A stretch of DNA of 54,258 nucleotides from an uncultured Dechloromonas sp. (GCA_964387485.1 CAYLWV010000001.1:1-54258), one strand, 5' to 3'; shown: positions 9,002 to 19,308, counted from the stretch's first letter. The notes: generated by a model not told the origin, from the sequence alone. Made by a program: numbers and translations.

Positions 9002-11218
9002 ATGCGTTTTTTGTCATTTTCTACGTACGGCCGGCGACTGTTGCTCATGCTGGGCACTCTGCTGATTTTGGCCGGTTGCGGCAGCGAGTGGAACGACCCC
9101 TATCCGGCCTCGGAACGTGGCGCTAATCGTCTTTATAGTGCCTTTGCGGAGCGCCCCAAGCATCTGGATCCTGCGGTGTCCTACACCGATAGCGAAATCG
9201 GTTTCATTGCCCAGATCTATGAGCCGCCGCTTCAGTATCATTATTTGCAGCGTCCCTATGCGCTGATGCCAACGACCCTGACTGAAATGCCTCAGGTGCG
9301 TTATTACGATGCGGCCGGTCGACTGTTAACCGATGCGGCCAGTGCAGAGCAGGTGGCGCGCACGGTCTATCGCCTCAAGCTCAAGCCTGATATCCGGTAT
9401 CAGCCGCATCCGGCCTTTAGTCGCCATGCAGACGGCACACTGCGTTACATGGCATTGAACGATGCCCAGGCACGATCCCTACAAACACCTGCGGGCCCGA
9501 TGGTCTTACCTGAACCCGGTACGCAAACCCTTAAAGCCCAGGATTATGTTTACCAGATCAAGCGCCTGGCGAACCCGGCCGTGCACTCGCCGATTTACGG
9601 CACGATGGCCGAGCATATCCTCGGATTGAAAGCCCTTTCGGCGCAAATCAAGCAGCAGTCTCAGGCGGCGCCGGGGCAGTGGGTCGATCTGGATACCCTG
9701 AGCTTGCCCGGGGCAGTTGCGCTGGATGATCAGACGCTGGAGATTACCCTGGAGGGTAAGTATCCGCAGTTCACCTACTGGCTGGCGATGAACTTCTTTG
9801 CACCGGTACCGCGCGAAGTCGACCAGTTCTACGGACAACCGGCACTACGCGCCGGCAATGTGAGCATCGATAACTGGCCGGTGGGTAGCGGTCCGTACAT
9901 GATGACGCACAATAATCCGAATGCACGCATTCTGCTTGAGCGGAATCCGAACTTTCATGAAGAGCGTTACCCATGTCACGGTGAGGTGGGCGATGCGGCT
10001 GCCGGCCTGCTCAAGGACTGTGATGCACGTTTGCCGTTGCTGGATGGCGTGGTTTACAGCCGGGAGAAGGAAAGTCTGCCGTACTGGAACAAGTTTCTGC
10101 AGGGGTATTACGATCTCTCCGGCATTTCATCGGACAGTTTCGATCAGGCGGTACGCGTCAACATTAACGGGGATGTGAATGTGTCTCCCTCGATGTCGGT
10201 ACAGGGGATCGCGCTGCAGACCTCGGTGCGCACCTCGATCTACTACATGGGATTCAATCTGACCGATCCAGTGGTCGGCGGCAAAACGCCGCAGGAGCAG
10301 CAGCGTGCCCGCTACCTACGCCAAGCGCTTTCCATGGTGCTGGATCAGGAAGAGTTTATTTCCATCTTCCTGAACGGTCGCGGTCAATCCGCCATGGGCC
10401 CGATACCGCCAGGTATTTTCGGGTATCAAGAAGGGGAGGCCGGAATCAATCCGGTGGTGTACCAATGGAAAGACGGTGCGCCGCACCGGCGACCGCTCGA
10501 TGAGGCCAAAGCGCTGCTGGTCAAGGCCGGATGGCCGGATGGCCGTGACGCACAGACCGGTCAGCCGCTGGTGCTGAATCTGGACACGACGTCGGGTGGT
10601 CTTGGCGATAAAGCCACCATGGACTGGATGTCGCGTCAGCTTAATCAGCTCGGCATCCAGCTCGTGGTGCGCAGTACCGACTTCAACCGTTTCCAGGAAA
10701 AGCTGCGCAAGGGCAGTGCCCAACTATTCTTTATGGGATGGAATGCTGATTATCCCGACCCAGAAAACTTTCTGTTCCTGCTGTACGGACCGGAAGGCAA
10801 AGTCGCGCATGGCGGCGAAAACTCAGCCAACTACGACAACCCGGAGTTTGACCGCCTGTTCCGCCAGATGAAGCATATGCCGAATGGACCGGCACGGCAG
10901 GCCGTGATTAATCAGATGCTCAGACTGGTGCGGGAGGATGCGCCCTGGGTTTACTGGTTCTATCCGAAATCCTATGTGCTGCGTCAGGGCTGGCTGCACA
11001 ATCTCAAACCCAACAACGTGGCCAACAACACGCTCAAATACCAGCGGGTGGATGTGCAGCGTCGCGCAGAACTTCGTGCCGAATGGAACGAACCCTTGCG
11101 CTGGCCGTTTCTGCTGATCCTGGGGGGACTGATGCTGCTCCTGTGGCCAGCCTTGAAATCCTATCGGGCGCGGGCAGCGCTGGATGCGTTTGGAAAACCG
11201 GTAAGGAAGCGACCATGA
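9002..11218 (+). CDS. Peptide/nickel ABC transporter substrate-binding lipoprotein (family 5) with C-terminal TM helix
   Basis: Lipobox LAGC, PKHLDP, PVGSGPY, GWNADYPDPENF; hydrophobic C-terminal segment WPFLLILGGLMLLLWP. Confidence 0.9.
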   Translation: MRFLSFSTYGRRLLLMLGTLLILAGCGSEWNDPYPASERGANRLYSAFAERPKHLDPAVSYTDSEIGFIAQIYEPPLQYHYLQRPYALMPTTLTEMPQVRYYDAAGRLLTDAASAEQVARTVYRLKLKPDIRYQPHPAFSRHADGTLRYMALNDAQARSLQTPAGPMVLPEPGTQTLKAQDYVYQIKRLANPAVHSPIYGTMAEHILGLKALSAQIKQQSQAAPGQWVDLDTLSLPGAVALDDQTLEITLEGKYPQFTYWLAMNFFAPVPREVDQFYGQPALRAGNVSIDNWPVGSGPYMMTHNNPNARILLERNPNFHEERYPCHGEVGDAAAGLLKDCDARLPLLDGVVYSREKESLPYWNKFLQGYYDLSGISSDSFDQAVRVNINGDVNVSPSMSVQGIALQTSVRTSIYYMGFNLTDPVVGGKTPQEQQRARYLRQALSMVLDQEEFISIFLNGRGQSAMGPIPPGIFGYQEGEAGINPVVYQWKDGAPHRRPLDEAKALLVKAGWPDGRDAQTGQPLVLNLDTTSGGLGDKATMDWMSRQLNQLGIQLVVRSTDFNRFQEKLRKGSAQLFFMGWNADYPDPENFLFLLYGPEGKVAHGGENSANYDNPEFDRLFRQMKHMPNGPARQAVINQMLRLVREDAPWVYWFYPKSYVLRQGWLHNLKPNNVANNTLKYQRVDVQRRAELRAEWNEPLRWPFLLILGGLMLLLWPALKSYRARAALDAFGKPVRKRP

Positions 11219-12195
11219 TCGGCTATGTGCTACGTCGCTTGTTGTATGCGATTCCGATTCTGATCGGGGTGAATCTCATCACCTTCGCGCTGTTCTTTAT
11301 GGTCAACAGCCCGGATGACATGGCCCGTATGCAATTAGGCGTTAAGCGTGTGACACCCGAGGCCATCCAGCAATGGAAGGTCGAACGGGGGTATGACAAA
11401 CCGCTGTTTGTGAACGAATCAGCACAGGGTGTGGCACAGATCACCGACACTATTTTTTTTGAGAAGTCGGCCCGACTGTTTGCCGGGGATTTCGGCCGCA
11501 GCGAAGACGGTCGGGAAATCGGCCGGGAAATTCGTGAACGTATGGGGCCCTCGCTGGCGATTGCCGTGCCCACCTTTGTGATCGGCCTGGGGCTGACCGT
11601 CAGTCTGGCGTTGTTTCTCGTCCTGTTCCGTGGCACCTGGCTGGATCGCACGGGGGTCGTCCTCTGTGTCGGCCTGATGTCGATTTCGTCACTATTCTTT
11701 ATTATCGGTGGCCAGTTTCTGTTTGCCCGTGTGCTGCAGCTCGTGCCCATTTCCGGCTATTCGAGTAATCCGCTCGTGGCCTGGCATTTCCTGGCGCTCC
11801 CCGTGCTCGTTGCTGTGGTTGCCGGTATCGGGGGTTCGACCCGTTGGTATCGAACCCTGTTTCTGGAGGAGATCGCCAAAGATTATGTGCGCACGGCACG
11901 TGCCAAGGGATTGTCGGAGACGACTGTGCTGTTCCGGCATGTGCTGCGTAATGGCCTGATTCCTATTCTGACCGGCGTGGTGGTGGTGATTCCGTCGCTG
12001 TTCATGGGGTCGTTGTTACTGGAGTCTTTTTTCGGTATTCCCGGCCTGGGTAGTTACACCATTGATGCCATTGCTGCCCAGGATTTCGCGGTGGTCCGCG
12101 CGATGGTCTTTCTCGGATCGGTGCTGTATCTGGTCGGACTCATTCTGACGGATCTGTCGTACACGCTGGTCGATCCGCGCATCCGGTTGAAGTAG
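11215..12195 (+). CDS. Peptide ABC transporter permease (DppB/OppB-like)
   Basis: MIGYVLRRLL start (ATGA overlap), DYVRTARAKGL EAA loop, ends DPRIRLK. Confidence 0.92.
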   Translation: MIGYVLRRLLYAIPILIGVNLITFALFFMVNSPDDMARMQLGVKRVTPEAIQQWKVERGYDKPLFVNESAQGVAQITDTIFFEKSARLFAGDFGRSEDGREIGREIRERMGPSLAIAVPTFVIGLGLTVSLALFLVLFRGTWLDRTGVVLCVGLMSISSLFFIIGGQFLFARVLQLVPISGYSSNPLVAWHFLALPVLVAVVAGIGGSTRWYRTLFLEEIAKDYVRTARAKGLSETTVLFRHVLRNGLIPILTGVVVVIPSLFMGSLLLESFFGIPGLGSYTIDAIAAQDFAVVRAMVFLGSVLYLVGLILTDLSYTLVDPRIRLK

Positions 12196-12199
12196 GCGG

Positions 12200-13651
12200 G
12201 TGATCATGCTTGAACTTCTACACACCCTCAATCAGAGTCTCTGGGTCTGGCTGGCCACCGATGTGCTGTTGTGGAGCCTGTTTGTGCTCTTTCTGCTATC
12301 GGTGGTTGTGATCCTCCGATCACCGCTGCAACGGGCCATGTGGCAGCGGGTGTTCCGTCAGCGCCTTGCCGTGGTGTCGGCTGTGTTGCTGGCTGTGGCC
12401 TCTGGCTTTGCCTTGCTCGATTCGATTCATTTGCGCGAGCCGTTGCCAACAACGGGCACGAACAGTGCAGTGCGCTACAGCGTCGAGGTCCGGTCGGTGC
12501 TGGACCTGTTGCTCACCGATCTACGAAAAGCGCATGAAAAAACCTATTCGGCACCGATGGCCACCCATCTGTCAGCCCTTGAGCCGGTGACGGTGACTTT
12601 GCCGGATGGTTCAGTGGAAGTCCGTCGTGAAACACCGCGCCTGCGTGTGGCGGGCTCGGTGTTTCCAACCGGACCTGTGCCGGCAACGGCGTACTGGACT
12701 GATGTGGCCTACCGGGTTGGTGCCGGTGCACTCACGGGGGGGCTATTGTTTCTGGTGGCGTGGCTGGTGGGGCATAGCCTGATGCGAATGCTGCGCCGGA
12801 AGGATGCCGCAGCGGTATCAATGGCTACCGAACAATCGTGGCGCTGGATGCGCATCAGCTTGGCCCTGTTGCTGATTACGGGCGGCATTCTGACAGCGCT
12901 AAGCGCTAACTTTCATGTCTTCGGGACCGACAAAGTCGGCCAGGATGTGTTGTATCAGGTGCTTAAAAGCTTGCGAACAGCGCTGGTCATTGGTCTGGTG
13001 CCCACGCTGGTGACCTTACCGATTGGCATCGTTCTTGGTCTCTCTGCCGGCTATTTCCGGGGTAAGGTTGATGATGTCATCCAGTACGTCTACACCACGG
13101 TCAGTGCCATTCCCGGTGTATTACTGATTGCCGCGGCCGTGTTGAGCATCCAGGTGATGATCGATAATCACCCCGAATGGTTTGCCACAGCAGTGGAACG
13201 GGGCGATGTGCGTCTGCTGGCTCTGTGCCTGATTCTCGGTATGACCAGCTGGACCGGCATTGCCCGCCTGCTGCGCGGTGAAGCCCTCAAGATGCGCGAA
13301 TATGACTATGTCCAGGCCGCGCGTGCCTTCGGTGTCGGGGCCACGCAGATTCTGATGCGACACATTCTGCCCAATGTCTTTCCGATCATTCTGATTACGT
13401 TGGTCATGGAGTTCTCGTCGCTGGTGCTGGCTGAGGCTGTGCTTTCCTACATCGGCATCGGGGTGGACCCCACCATGTTCAGTTTTGGACTGATGATCAA
13501 TAACGCCCGTATGGAGCTATCGCGTGAGCCGGTCGTCTGGTGGTCCCTGACGGCGGCATTTCTGTTCATGGTGTTACTGGTGCTGGCTGCCAATCTGCTG
13601 GCCGATGCGGTACGCGATGCCCTGGATCCCCGATCAGAGGGCCAGTCATGA
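12200..13651 (+). CDS. Peptide ABC transporter permease (DppC/OppC-like) with large N-terminal insertion
   Basis: HVFGTDKVGQD, YVQAARAFG, HILPN, EAVLSYIGIG, RDALDPR; start may be ATG 12206. Confidence 0.9.
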   Translation: MIMLELLHTLNQSLWVWLATDVLLWSLFVLFLLSVVVILRSPLQRAMWQRVFRQRLAVVSAVLLAVASGFALLDSIHLREPLPTTGTNSAVRYSVEVRSVLDLLLTDLRKAHEKTYSAPMATHLSALEPVTVTLPDGSVEVRRETPRLRVAGSVFPTGPVPATAYWTDVAYRVGAGALTGGLLFLVAWLVGHSLMRMLRRKDAAAVSMATEQSWRWMRISLALLLITGGILTALSANFHVFGTDKVGQDVLYQVLKSLRTALVIGLVPTLVTLPIGIVLGLSAGYFRGKVDDVIQYVYTTVSAIPGVLLIAAAVLSIQVMIDNHPEWFATAVERGDVRLLALCLILGMTSWTGIARLLRGEALKMREYDYVQAARAFGVGATQILMRHILPNVFPIILITLVMEFSSLVLAEAVLSYIGIGVDPTMFSFGLMINNARMELSREPVVWWSLTAAFLFMVLLVLAANLLADAVRDALDPRSEGQS

Positions 13652-15573
13652 GTCAACCGCTGCTTCAGGTACGTAATCTGTCACTGGGATTTACCCGGCA
13701 TAACCCGATCACTGGTGCTACGGGGGGTGTTGATGCATTGAGTGATATCAAATTCGAGCTGCATGCCGGTGAAACGCTGGCTCTGCTGGGGGAGTCCGGC
13801 TGCGGTAAATCCCTGACGGCGCTGGCGCTCATGCGGCTGTTGCCCGGGCCGGCCCGTCTGCAGGCGGGCCACGTTTTGCTGGCAAACCCGGAGACCGGTC
13901 GAACGGAAGACCTGCTGCGTGTCAGTGAAGACCGCATGCGTCAGATTCGCGGTCGGCGCATGGCTATGATTTTTCAGGAACCCGCGACCAGCCTTAACCC
14001 GGTGATGCGTATTGGTGCACAGATCGCCGAGGTCCTGACATGGCATCGTGGTTTGCCGGCAGCGGCGATTCAGACCGAAGTGCGGGCGTTGCTTGCGCAG
14101 GTGGGTTTGCCGGATCCTGAACGCGCCGCCATGGCTTATCCGTTCGAGCTCTCCGGAGGTATGAAACAGCGTGCCATGATTGCCATGGCGCTAGCCGGTG
14201 ATCCGGAGATGCTGCTGGCTGACGAGCCGACAACGGCGCTGGATGTGACACTACAGGCGCAGATTCTGGATCTGATTCAGTCTCTGCAGCAACAGCGCCA
14301 GATGGGTGTGCTGCTCATTACGCATGATCTGGCCGTCGTGGCGGCCCGGGCAGACCGTGTTGCTGTGATGTATGCCGGACAGATTGTTGAAACCGGCCCC
14401 GTGGCATCGGTGCTCGCGCAGCCCTCGCATCCGTATACCCGAGCGTTGCTGTCCGCGTTGCCTGAACGTGCGCAACCGGGGCAGCCGCTGGCCCAACTCG
14501 CTGGGCGGGTGCCTCCTTTGGGAGGCTGGCCTCTGGCCTGCCGTTTTGCGCCGCGCTGTGCGATGGCAGAAACGCATTGTGAGCACGAGGCGCCACCGTG
14601 GGTGCATCTACCGGATACGTCGGAACAGCGACCGGCACCGCACTTCGCCCGATGCTGGCGCGTTGCTGACTTGATCAATACGGAGATGGGCCATGCCAAT
14701 TCGCAAGCAGGGCATGATTCCCTGAGTGATACGGCGGTCACGTCTACCGGCCCGGTGCTTGAGGTCAAGGATCTGGTGATCCGTTACTCGCCAACGCAGG
14801 AGGGCTGGCTGCATCGTATCGTTTCGCTGATGCGGGGTCGCTCGCATCAATCGCATAGATTGGCATCGCCTGTTGTCGATCAGCTCTGTTTTGAGCTGAA
14901 AGCCGGTGAAACGCTAGCCATTGTGGGTGAATCCGGTTGCGGTAAAACCACGACAGCCAAGGCAATTCTGCGTCTGATCGGCGCAGAGTCGGGCCATATT
15001 CGGCTCGCGGGTACCGCGATTGTGGGCGAAGGCGTCCGGCCGGCTGCGGGTTGGCGGCGCGATGTGCAGATGGTGTTTCAGGACCCGTTTGCATCGCTCG
15101 ACCCGCGGCAGCGTATCAGTCAGGTGCTGGCCGAAGGGCCGCGTGCACTCGGGTTGCCGGTGGCTGATTATGATCGGCCAGCGCTCATACGTCTGCTTGA
15201 CCGCGTGGGTTTGCCACCTGAAGCGCTGGATCGGTTCCCTCACGAATTTTCCGGTGGGCAGCGTCAGCGAATTGCGATTGCCCGGGCACTGGCGGTATCA
15301 CCCAAAGTTCTGATCTGCGATGAACCGACATCCGCGCTGGATGTCTCGGTACAGGCACAAATCCTGAACCTGTTGAAGCGCCTGCAGGCAGAGACTGGTA
15401 TGGCTTACCTATTCATCACGCATAATTTCGGTGTGGTGCGCTATCTGGCAGACCGGGTGTTGGTGATGCAGTCGGGCAAGCTGGTGGAATCCGGTACGAC
15501 GCATCAGGTGTTGCAGCATCCACAGCAGCCATATACACAAACGCTGTTGGCCTCCGTACCGCGTATCCGCTAA
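13648..15573 (+). CDS. Peptide ABC transporter fused double ATPase (DppD/DppF-like)
   Basis: Two Walker A motifs GESGCGK, LSGGMKQR/FSGGQRQR, HPYT and the Cys-rich CRFAPRC..C linker; ATGA overlap start. Confidence 0.93.
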   Translation: MSQPLLQVRNLSLGFTRHNPITGATGGVDALSDIKFELHAGETLALLGESGCGKSLTALALMRLLPGPARLQAGHVLLANPETGRTEDLLRVSEDRMRQIRGRRMAMIFQEPATSLNPVMRIGAQIAEVLTWHRGLPAAAIQTEVRALLAQVGLPDPERAAMAYPFELSGGMKQRAMIAMALAGDPEMLLADEPTTALDVTLQAQILDLIQSLQQQRQMGVLLITHDLAVVAARADRVAVMYAGQIVETGPVASVLAQPSHPYTRALLSALPERAQPGQPLAQLAGRVPPLGGWPLACRFAPRCAMAETHCEHEAPPWVHLPDTSEQRPAPHFARCWRVADLINTEMGHANSQAGHDSLSDTAVTSTGPVLEVKDLVIRYSPTQEGWLHRIVSLMRGRSHQSHRLASPVVDQLCFELKAGETLAIVGESGCGKTTTAKAILRLIGAESGHIRLAGTAIVGEGVRPAAGWRRDVQMVFQDPFASLDPRQRISQVLAEGPRALGLPVADYDRPALIRLLDRVGLPPEALDRFPHEFSGGQRQRIAIARALAVSPKVLICDEPTSALDVSVQAQILNLLKRLQAETGMAYLFITHNFGVVRYLADRVLVMQSGKLVESGTTHQVLQHPQQPYTQTLLASVPRIR

Positions 15574-15597
15574 ATCACGGTGCGCGTTCCGGCAGGA

Positions 15598-17142
15598 TTA
15601 GTTCTTGCCGCTTTTCTTCGAATCGCTGTTTTTTGCGGTGGTTTTGGCGCTGCTTTTGCTGCCTGCCGATTTGCTATCACCCGTCGAAGATTTGCTGTCT
15701 TTGGGCGCAGCGGTCTTGCCATCGTTCTTGCTGGCGGATTTGGTACTGGTTTTCGATGGGGCCGACTTATCTGTTGCCGCTTTGTCCTTTTTGCTGTCCA
15801 GTTTGGCGGATGTCTTGTCCGATTTTCCCGGCTTACTGGTCTTATCGGCCTTGTCCGTTTTCTCTACTTTGCCATCCGCTTTGGTGCCTTTGCTGCTTTC
15901 TTTGGTCGTGTCTTTGCTCGGCGTCGGTTTATCGCTTTCTGTCACGTTCACCGGCGTGTTGTCGTTCATCGTGGTTAGCGAGGTGGCAGCCTGGGAGGCT
16001 TCAGGGGCGCTATCGGTCAGTACCAGCAGGGGCTGGCCCGGTTTGCCCAATGACTTCATGGAGATGCCGTTGGCTTCCTGCAACTGAGCCAGAGACATGT
16101 TGAATTTGCCGGCAATACGCTCGGGCTTTTCTCCGGGCTGCACGGTGTAGCTGCCCCAGCGCGAGAGCGGTTTTTCTGATTCCTGGTGGGCATTCAGATT
16201 GCTCTTGAACTGGGTGACACGGTCTTTGGGTAGATTGATGGTCTCTACCTTCATGACCGGTCGGGCATGCTCGGGATTGAGCGCTTTGACTTCATCGACG
16301 CTAATATTGGCAAGCTTGGCAACCGTATCCAGGTCGATGTGCTTGCCGTACAGCGCCACAGACTCGAAGTACGGGCGATTGGGCAACACGGGTAGGCCCA
16401 GCTGGGCGACCAGCTGTGGATCGCGCAGAATGTTCTTGATGGCCTGTAGACGCGGCACGTAGTTCTTGGTTTCAGCCGGCATGCGGATATCGTCATAGCC
16501 GGTCGGCAGACCCTGGGCCTGATTCTTGGCGACGGCTCGGCCCACCGAACCTTCGCCCCAGTTGTAGGAAGCCAGGGCGAGATGCCAGTCGTTCATCAGG
16601 TTGAACAGGTAGGACAGATAGTCGAGGGCGGCACCGGTCGAAGAGACGACGTCTCGCCGGTTGTCCTCCCACCAGGATTGGCTCAGGCCATAGCTGCGAC
16701 CGGTGGATGGAATGAACTGCCAGAGGCCGGCAGCGCGTGCCGGTGACATGGCTTTCGGGTTATAGCTGCTTTCCACCATTGGGAGCAGGGCGAGTTCGCT
16801 CGGCATGCCGCGGCGCTCCAGCTCTTCGAGCACGAAATAGGCGTAACGGCGTCCATTTTCCAGCAGGCGCCTCATCGCGCCCGGATTCTTCATGTAGTAA
16901 CTCTGGTACTTCTGAACCAGCTCGTTATCCAGATCCGGCATGGCAAAGCCATCGCGCAGACGTTCCATCAGGTCCGGTGCTTCGCGGCCAGGACGGGTGT
17001 TGACGGCACGTGCCCAGCTGATGGGAGATTTATCGGGAGCGACAACGCCCGTTGACTGGTCAGCGGCCAACGATGCGGCTGAAAAAGCACATTGGGCACA
17101 AAGGCTGATCAGGAAAACGGTGAGAGCGCGTAGTTGCATCAA
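15598..17142 (-). CDS. mltD: MltD-like lytic murein transglycosylase (SLT + LysM) with long Lys/Ser/Asp-rich tail
   Basis: Signal peptide, LPMVESSY, AAGLWQFIPSTG, LALASYNWGEG, ETKNYVP, LysM YTVQPGE...LQEAN; start TTG 17142 or ATG 17139. Confidence 0.85.
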   Translation of the reverse strand: MMQLRALTVFLISLCAQCAFSAASLAADQSTGVVAPDKSPISWARAVNTRPGREAPDLMERLRDGFAMPDLDNELVQKYQSYYMKNPGAMRRLLENGRRYAYFVLEELERRGMPSELALLPMVESSYNPKAMSPARAAGLWQFIPSTGRSYGLSQSWWEDNRRDVVSSTGAALDYLSYLFNLMNDWHLALASYNWGEGSVGRAVAKNQAQGLPTGYDDIRMPAETKNYVPRLQAIKNILRDPQLVAQLGLPVLPNRPYFESVALYGKHIDLDTVAKLANISVDEVKALNPEHARPVMKVETINLPKDRVTQFKSNLNAHQESEKPLSRWGSYTVQPGEKPERIAGKFNMSLAQLQEANGISMKSLGKPGQPLLVLTDSAPEASQAATSLTTMNDNTPVNVTESDKPTPSKDTTKESSKGTKADGKVEKTDKADKTSKPGKSDKTSAKLDSKKDKAATDKSAPSKTSTKSASKNDGKTAAPKDSKSSTGDSKSAGSKSSAKTTAKNSDSKKSGKN

Positions 17143-17233
17143 ATCAATATCAGGCTGCGTCAGGTCAAACCGCTATTGTACGGGAGTGCACTATGCGGGG
17201 TGCAGCATCAGCAAGAAAGAGGGCCCACAAAGC

Positions 17234-17255
17234 AAAAAACCGCCGGGAGGCGGTT
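17234..17255 (-). terminator. Intrinsic terminator of the tRNA operon
   Basis: Minus strand AACCGCC-TCCC-GGCGGTTTTTT. Confidence 0.8.
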
Positions 17256-17307
17256 CACATCTTGCTTTACTGCAACATATCTAGAGGCTGTTTTCACAAT
17301 GTGTTGT

Positions 17308-17384
17308 TGGCGCGGAAGACGGGGCTCGAACCCGCGACCCTCGGCGTGACAGGCCGATACTCTAACCAACTGAGCTACTTCCGC
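17308..17384 (-). tRNA. tRNA-Asp(GTC)
   Basis: GCGGAAGTAGCTCAGTTGGTTAGAG...CTGTCAC...GGTTCGAGCCCCGTCTTCCGCGCCA cloverleaf, 77 nt. Confidence 0.97.
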
Positions 17385-17395
17385 GCAACAAATTG

Positions 17396-17471
17396 TGGCG
17401 TCCCCACGGGGATTCGAACCCCGGTTATCGCCGTGAAAGGGCGGTGTCCTAGGCCTCTAGACGATGGGGAC
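17396..17471 (-). tRNA. tRNA-Glu(TTC)
   Basis: GTCCCCATCGTCTAGAGGCCTAGGAC...CTTTCAC...GGTTCGAATCCCCGTGGGGACGCCA. Confidence 0.97.
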
Positions 17472-17511
17472 GTCGATACTGCTAACGTCACGTTCTTGCC
17501 ATACTTCGAAC

Positions 17512-17587
<76 letters not shown>

Positions 17588-17620
17588 GAAAGATTCGCGG
17601 TACAGCAGGAACAGGGCAGA

Positions 17621-17649
17621 ACTATACCGATGTTTTCGGCGGATTGCAA
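17621..17649 (-). promoter_or_regulatory. Sigma70 promoter of the Ala-Glu-Asp tRNA operon
   Basis: Minus strand TTGCAA-N17-TATAGT upstream of tRNA-Ala. Confidence 0.7.
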
Positions 17650-17709
17650 AGCTTTTTTGAAGAAATCCTCATAAAGTTCGCAACCCGCTGATTTAATTGC
17701 CACAAGTCA

Positions 17710-19104
17710 TCAAGCGGTGAGCAACGCGTTGATGCGTTTCAACACTTCGTCACGGCCAAACAGGGCAATCAGGGCATCCACCGACGGTGTTTGCGTCTGT
17801 CCGGCAAGGGCAAGACGAACCGGCATCGCCAGTGCCGGCATCTTGGCACCGTGCTCGGCCAGTGTGCTTTTTAGTGCAGCGGCAATGGCCGGCACTTCCC
17901 AATCGACGGTCGCCAATGTCACGGCAAATGCAGCCAGAATTGGGCGGGTCGCGTCCGTCAGGTGCTGGGTTTTCAGCTCATCGGTCGGCTGCGGGTGGCC
18001 TTGCAGCTGTTCCACGGCATCGGTGAGCTCCACCAGCGTCTGTGCCCGGTCCTTGTAGAGCGCGACAATGCCTTCCACCGTCGGTAGCCCGGTATCTGTC
18101 GCATCGCGCTGAGCCAGCCGGCGGCGAACGTCGGCGCACAACCGGTCGTTGTCGGCCTGCTTGATGTAGTGGGCATTCAGCCAGTTCAGCTTCTGGGTAT
18201 TGAACTGGGCGGCTGATGGGGTGATGTGGTTGAGATCGAACCATGCAACAAACTGCTCGCGGCTGAACACCTCATCATCTCCATGCGACCAGCCGAGTCG
18301 CGCCAGGTAGTTGATCACGGCTTCCGGCAGGTAACCTTCCTCGTCATATTGCATCACCGATACGGCGCCATGGCGCTTGGAGAGCTTCTGACCATCATCA
18401 CCCAGAATCATCGAGAGGTGCGCGTATTCCGGGACGGGCGCACCCAGCGCCTTGAGGATATTGATCTGGCGCGGTGTGTTGTTGACATGGTCATCGCCAC
18501 GAATCACCTGGGTAATCCCCATGTCCCAGTCATCAACCACGACGCAGAAATTATAAGTCGGTGTGCCGTCACCGCGCGCAATGATCAGGTCATCCATCTC
18601 GGCGTTACTGATCTCGATACGGCCTTTGACCAGATCGTTCCAGGCCACCACACCATCGATCGGGTTGCGGAAACGAATCACCGGGTTGATGCCCACCGGC
18701 ACTGGTGGCAATGTTTTACCGGCCTCGGGGCGCCAGCGGCCATCATAACGGGGTTTGTCCCCACGGGCCGTTTGCTCGGCCCGCAGTGCTTCCAGTTCGG
18801 CCGGAGTGGTGTAGCAGGGGTAGGCCGTACCGGCTTCCAGCATTTGCTGAATTACGGCTTTGTAACGGTCCATACGCTGTGTCTGGTAGAACGGGCCTTC
18901 ATCATGGGCCAGTCCCAGCCATTGCATGCCATCCAGAATGGCCTGCACGGCTTCCGGGGTCGAACGTGCCAGATCGGTATCCTCAATGCGCAGAACAAAC
19001 TGCCCCTGGTGATGGCGGGCAAAAGCCCAGGAGAAGAGCGCCGTCCGGGCGCCACCGATGTGCAGAAAACCAGTCGGGGAAGGGGCAAAGCGGGTGCGAA
19101 CCAT
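17710..19104 (-). CDS. gltX: Glutamyl-tRNA synthetase
   Basis: [14 protein letters not shown] (HIGH), LRIEDTD, KLSKR; full length including anticodon-binding domain. Confidence 0.97.
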   Translation of the reverse strand: MVRTRFAPSPTGFLHIGGARTALFSWAFARHHQGQFVLRIEDTDLARSTPEAVQAILDGMQWLGLAHDEGPFYQTQRMDRYKAVIQQMLEAGTAYPCYTTPAELEALRAEQTARGDKPRYDGRWRPEAGKTLPPVPVGINPVIRFRNPIDGVVAWNDLVKGRIEISNAEMDDLIIARGDGTPTYNFCVVVDDWDMGITQVIRGDDHVNNTPRQINILKALGAPVPEYAHLSMILGDDGQKLSKRHGAVSVMQYDEEGYLPEAVINYLARLGWSHGDDEVFSREQFVAWFDLNHITPSAAQFNTQKLNWLNAHYIKQADNDRLCADVRRRLAQRDATDTGLPTVEGIVALYKDRAQTLVELTDAVEQLQGHPQPTDELKTQHLTDATRPILAAFAVTLATVDWEVPAIAAALKSTLAEHGAKMPALAMPVRLALAGQTQTPSVDALIALFGRDEVLKRINALLTA

Positions 19105-19180
19105 GAGTCAATCCGGTAAACGTGTAAAAGCGCAATTCTACCGGCTCTAATGATTCCTGGCCGTGTCGTCTGCCTAGGGA

Positions 19181-19215
19181 TTGCGATCTCTGCACTTGTT
19201 GTCTATAATCCGCGC
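19181..19215 (+). promoter_or_regulatory. Sigma70 promoter of tRNA-Val with GC-rich discriminator
   Basis: TTGCGA-N17-TATAAT followed by CCGCGC. Confidence 0.8.
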
Positions 19216-19221
19216 TTCGTT

Positions 19222-19297
19222 GGGCGGTTATATTCAGCGGTAGAAGGCTTCCTTCACACGGAAGAGGTCACTGGTTCGATCCCAGTACCGCCCACCA
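19222..19297 (+). tRNA. tRNA-Val(CAC), atypical D-arm
   Basis: Acceptor GGGCGGT/ACCGCCC-A-CCA, anticodon arm CTTCC-TTCACAC-GGAAG, T-arm ACTGG-TTCGATC-CCAGT. Confidence 0.9.
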
Positions 19298-19308
19298 ACA
19301 GATTTCCG

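Noticed and set aside
15580-16103. Three plus-strand hydrophobic or Cys-rich ORFs
   Set aside because: Antisense to the Lys/Ser-rich mltD tail; the apparent Phe/Leu richness is the complement of Lys codons
18226-19119. Long antisense ORFs over gltX (also over fabI 8274-9065, fabD 43911-44807, degP, nadB, uvrB)
   Set aside because: Fully overlap well-supported housekeeping genes on the opposite strand, as expected in GC-rich DNA
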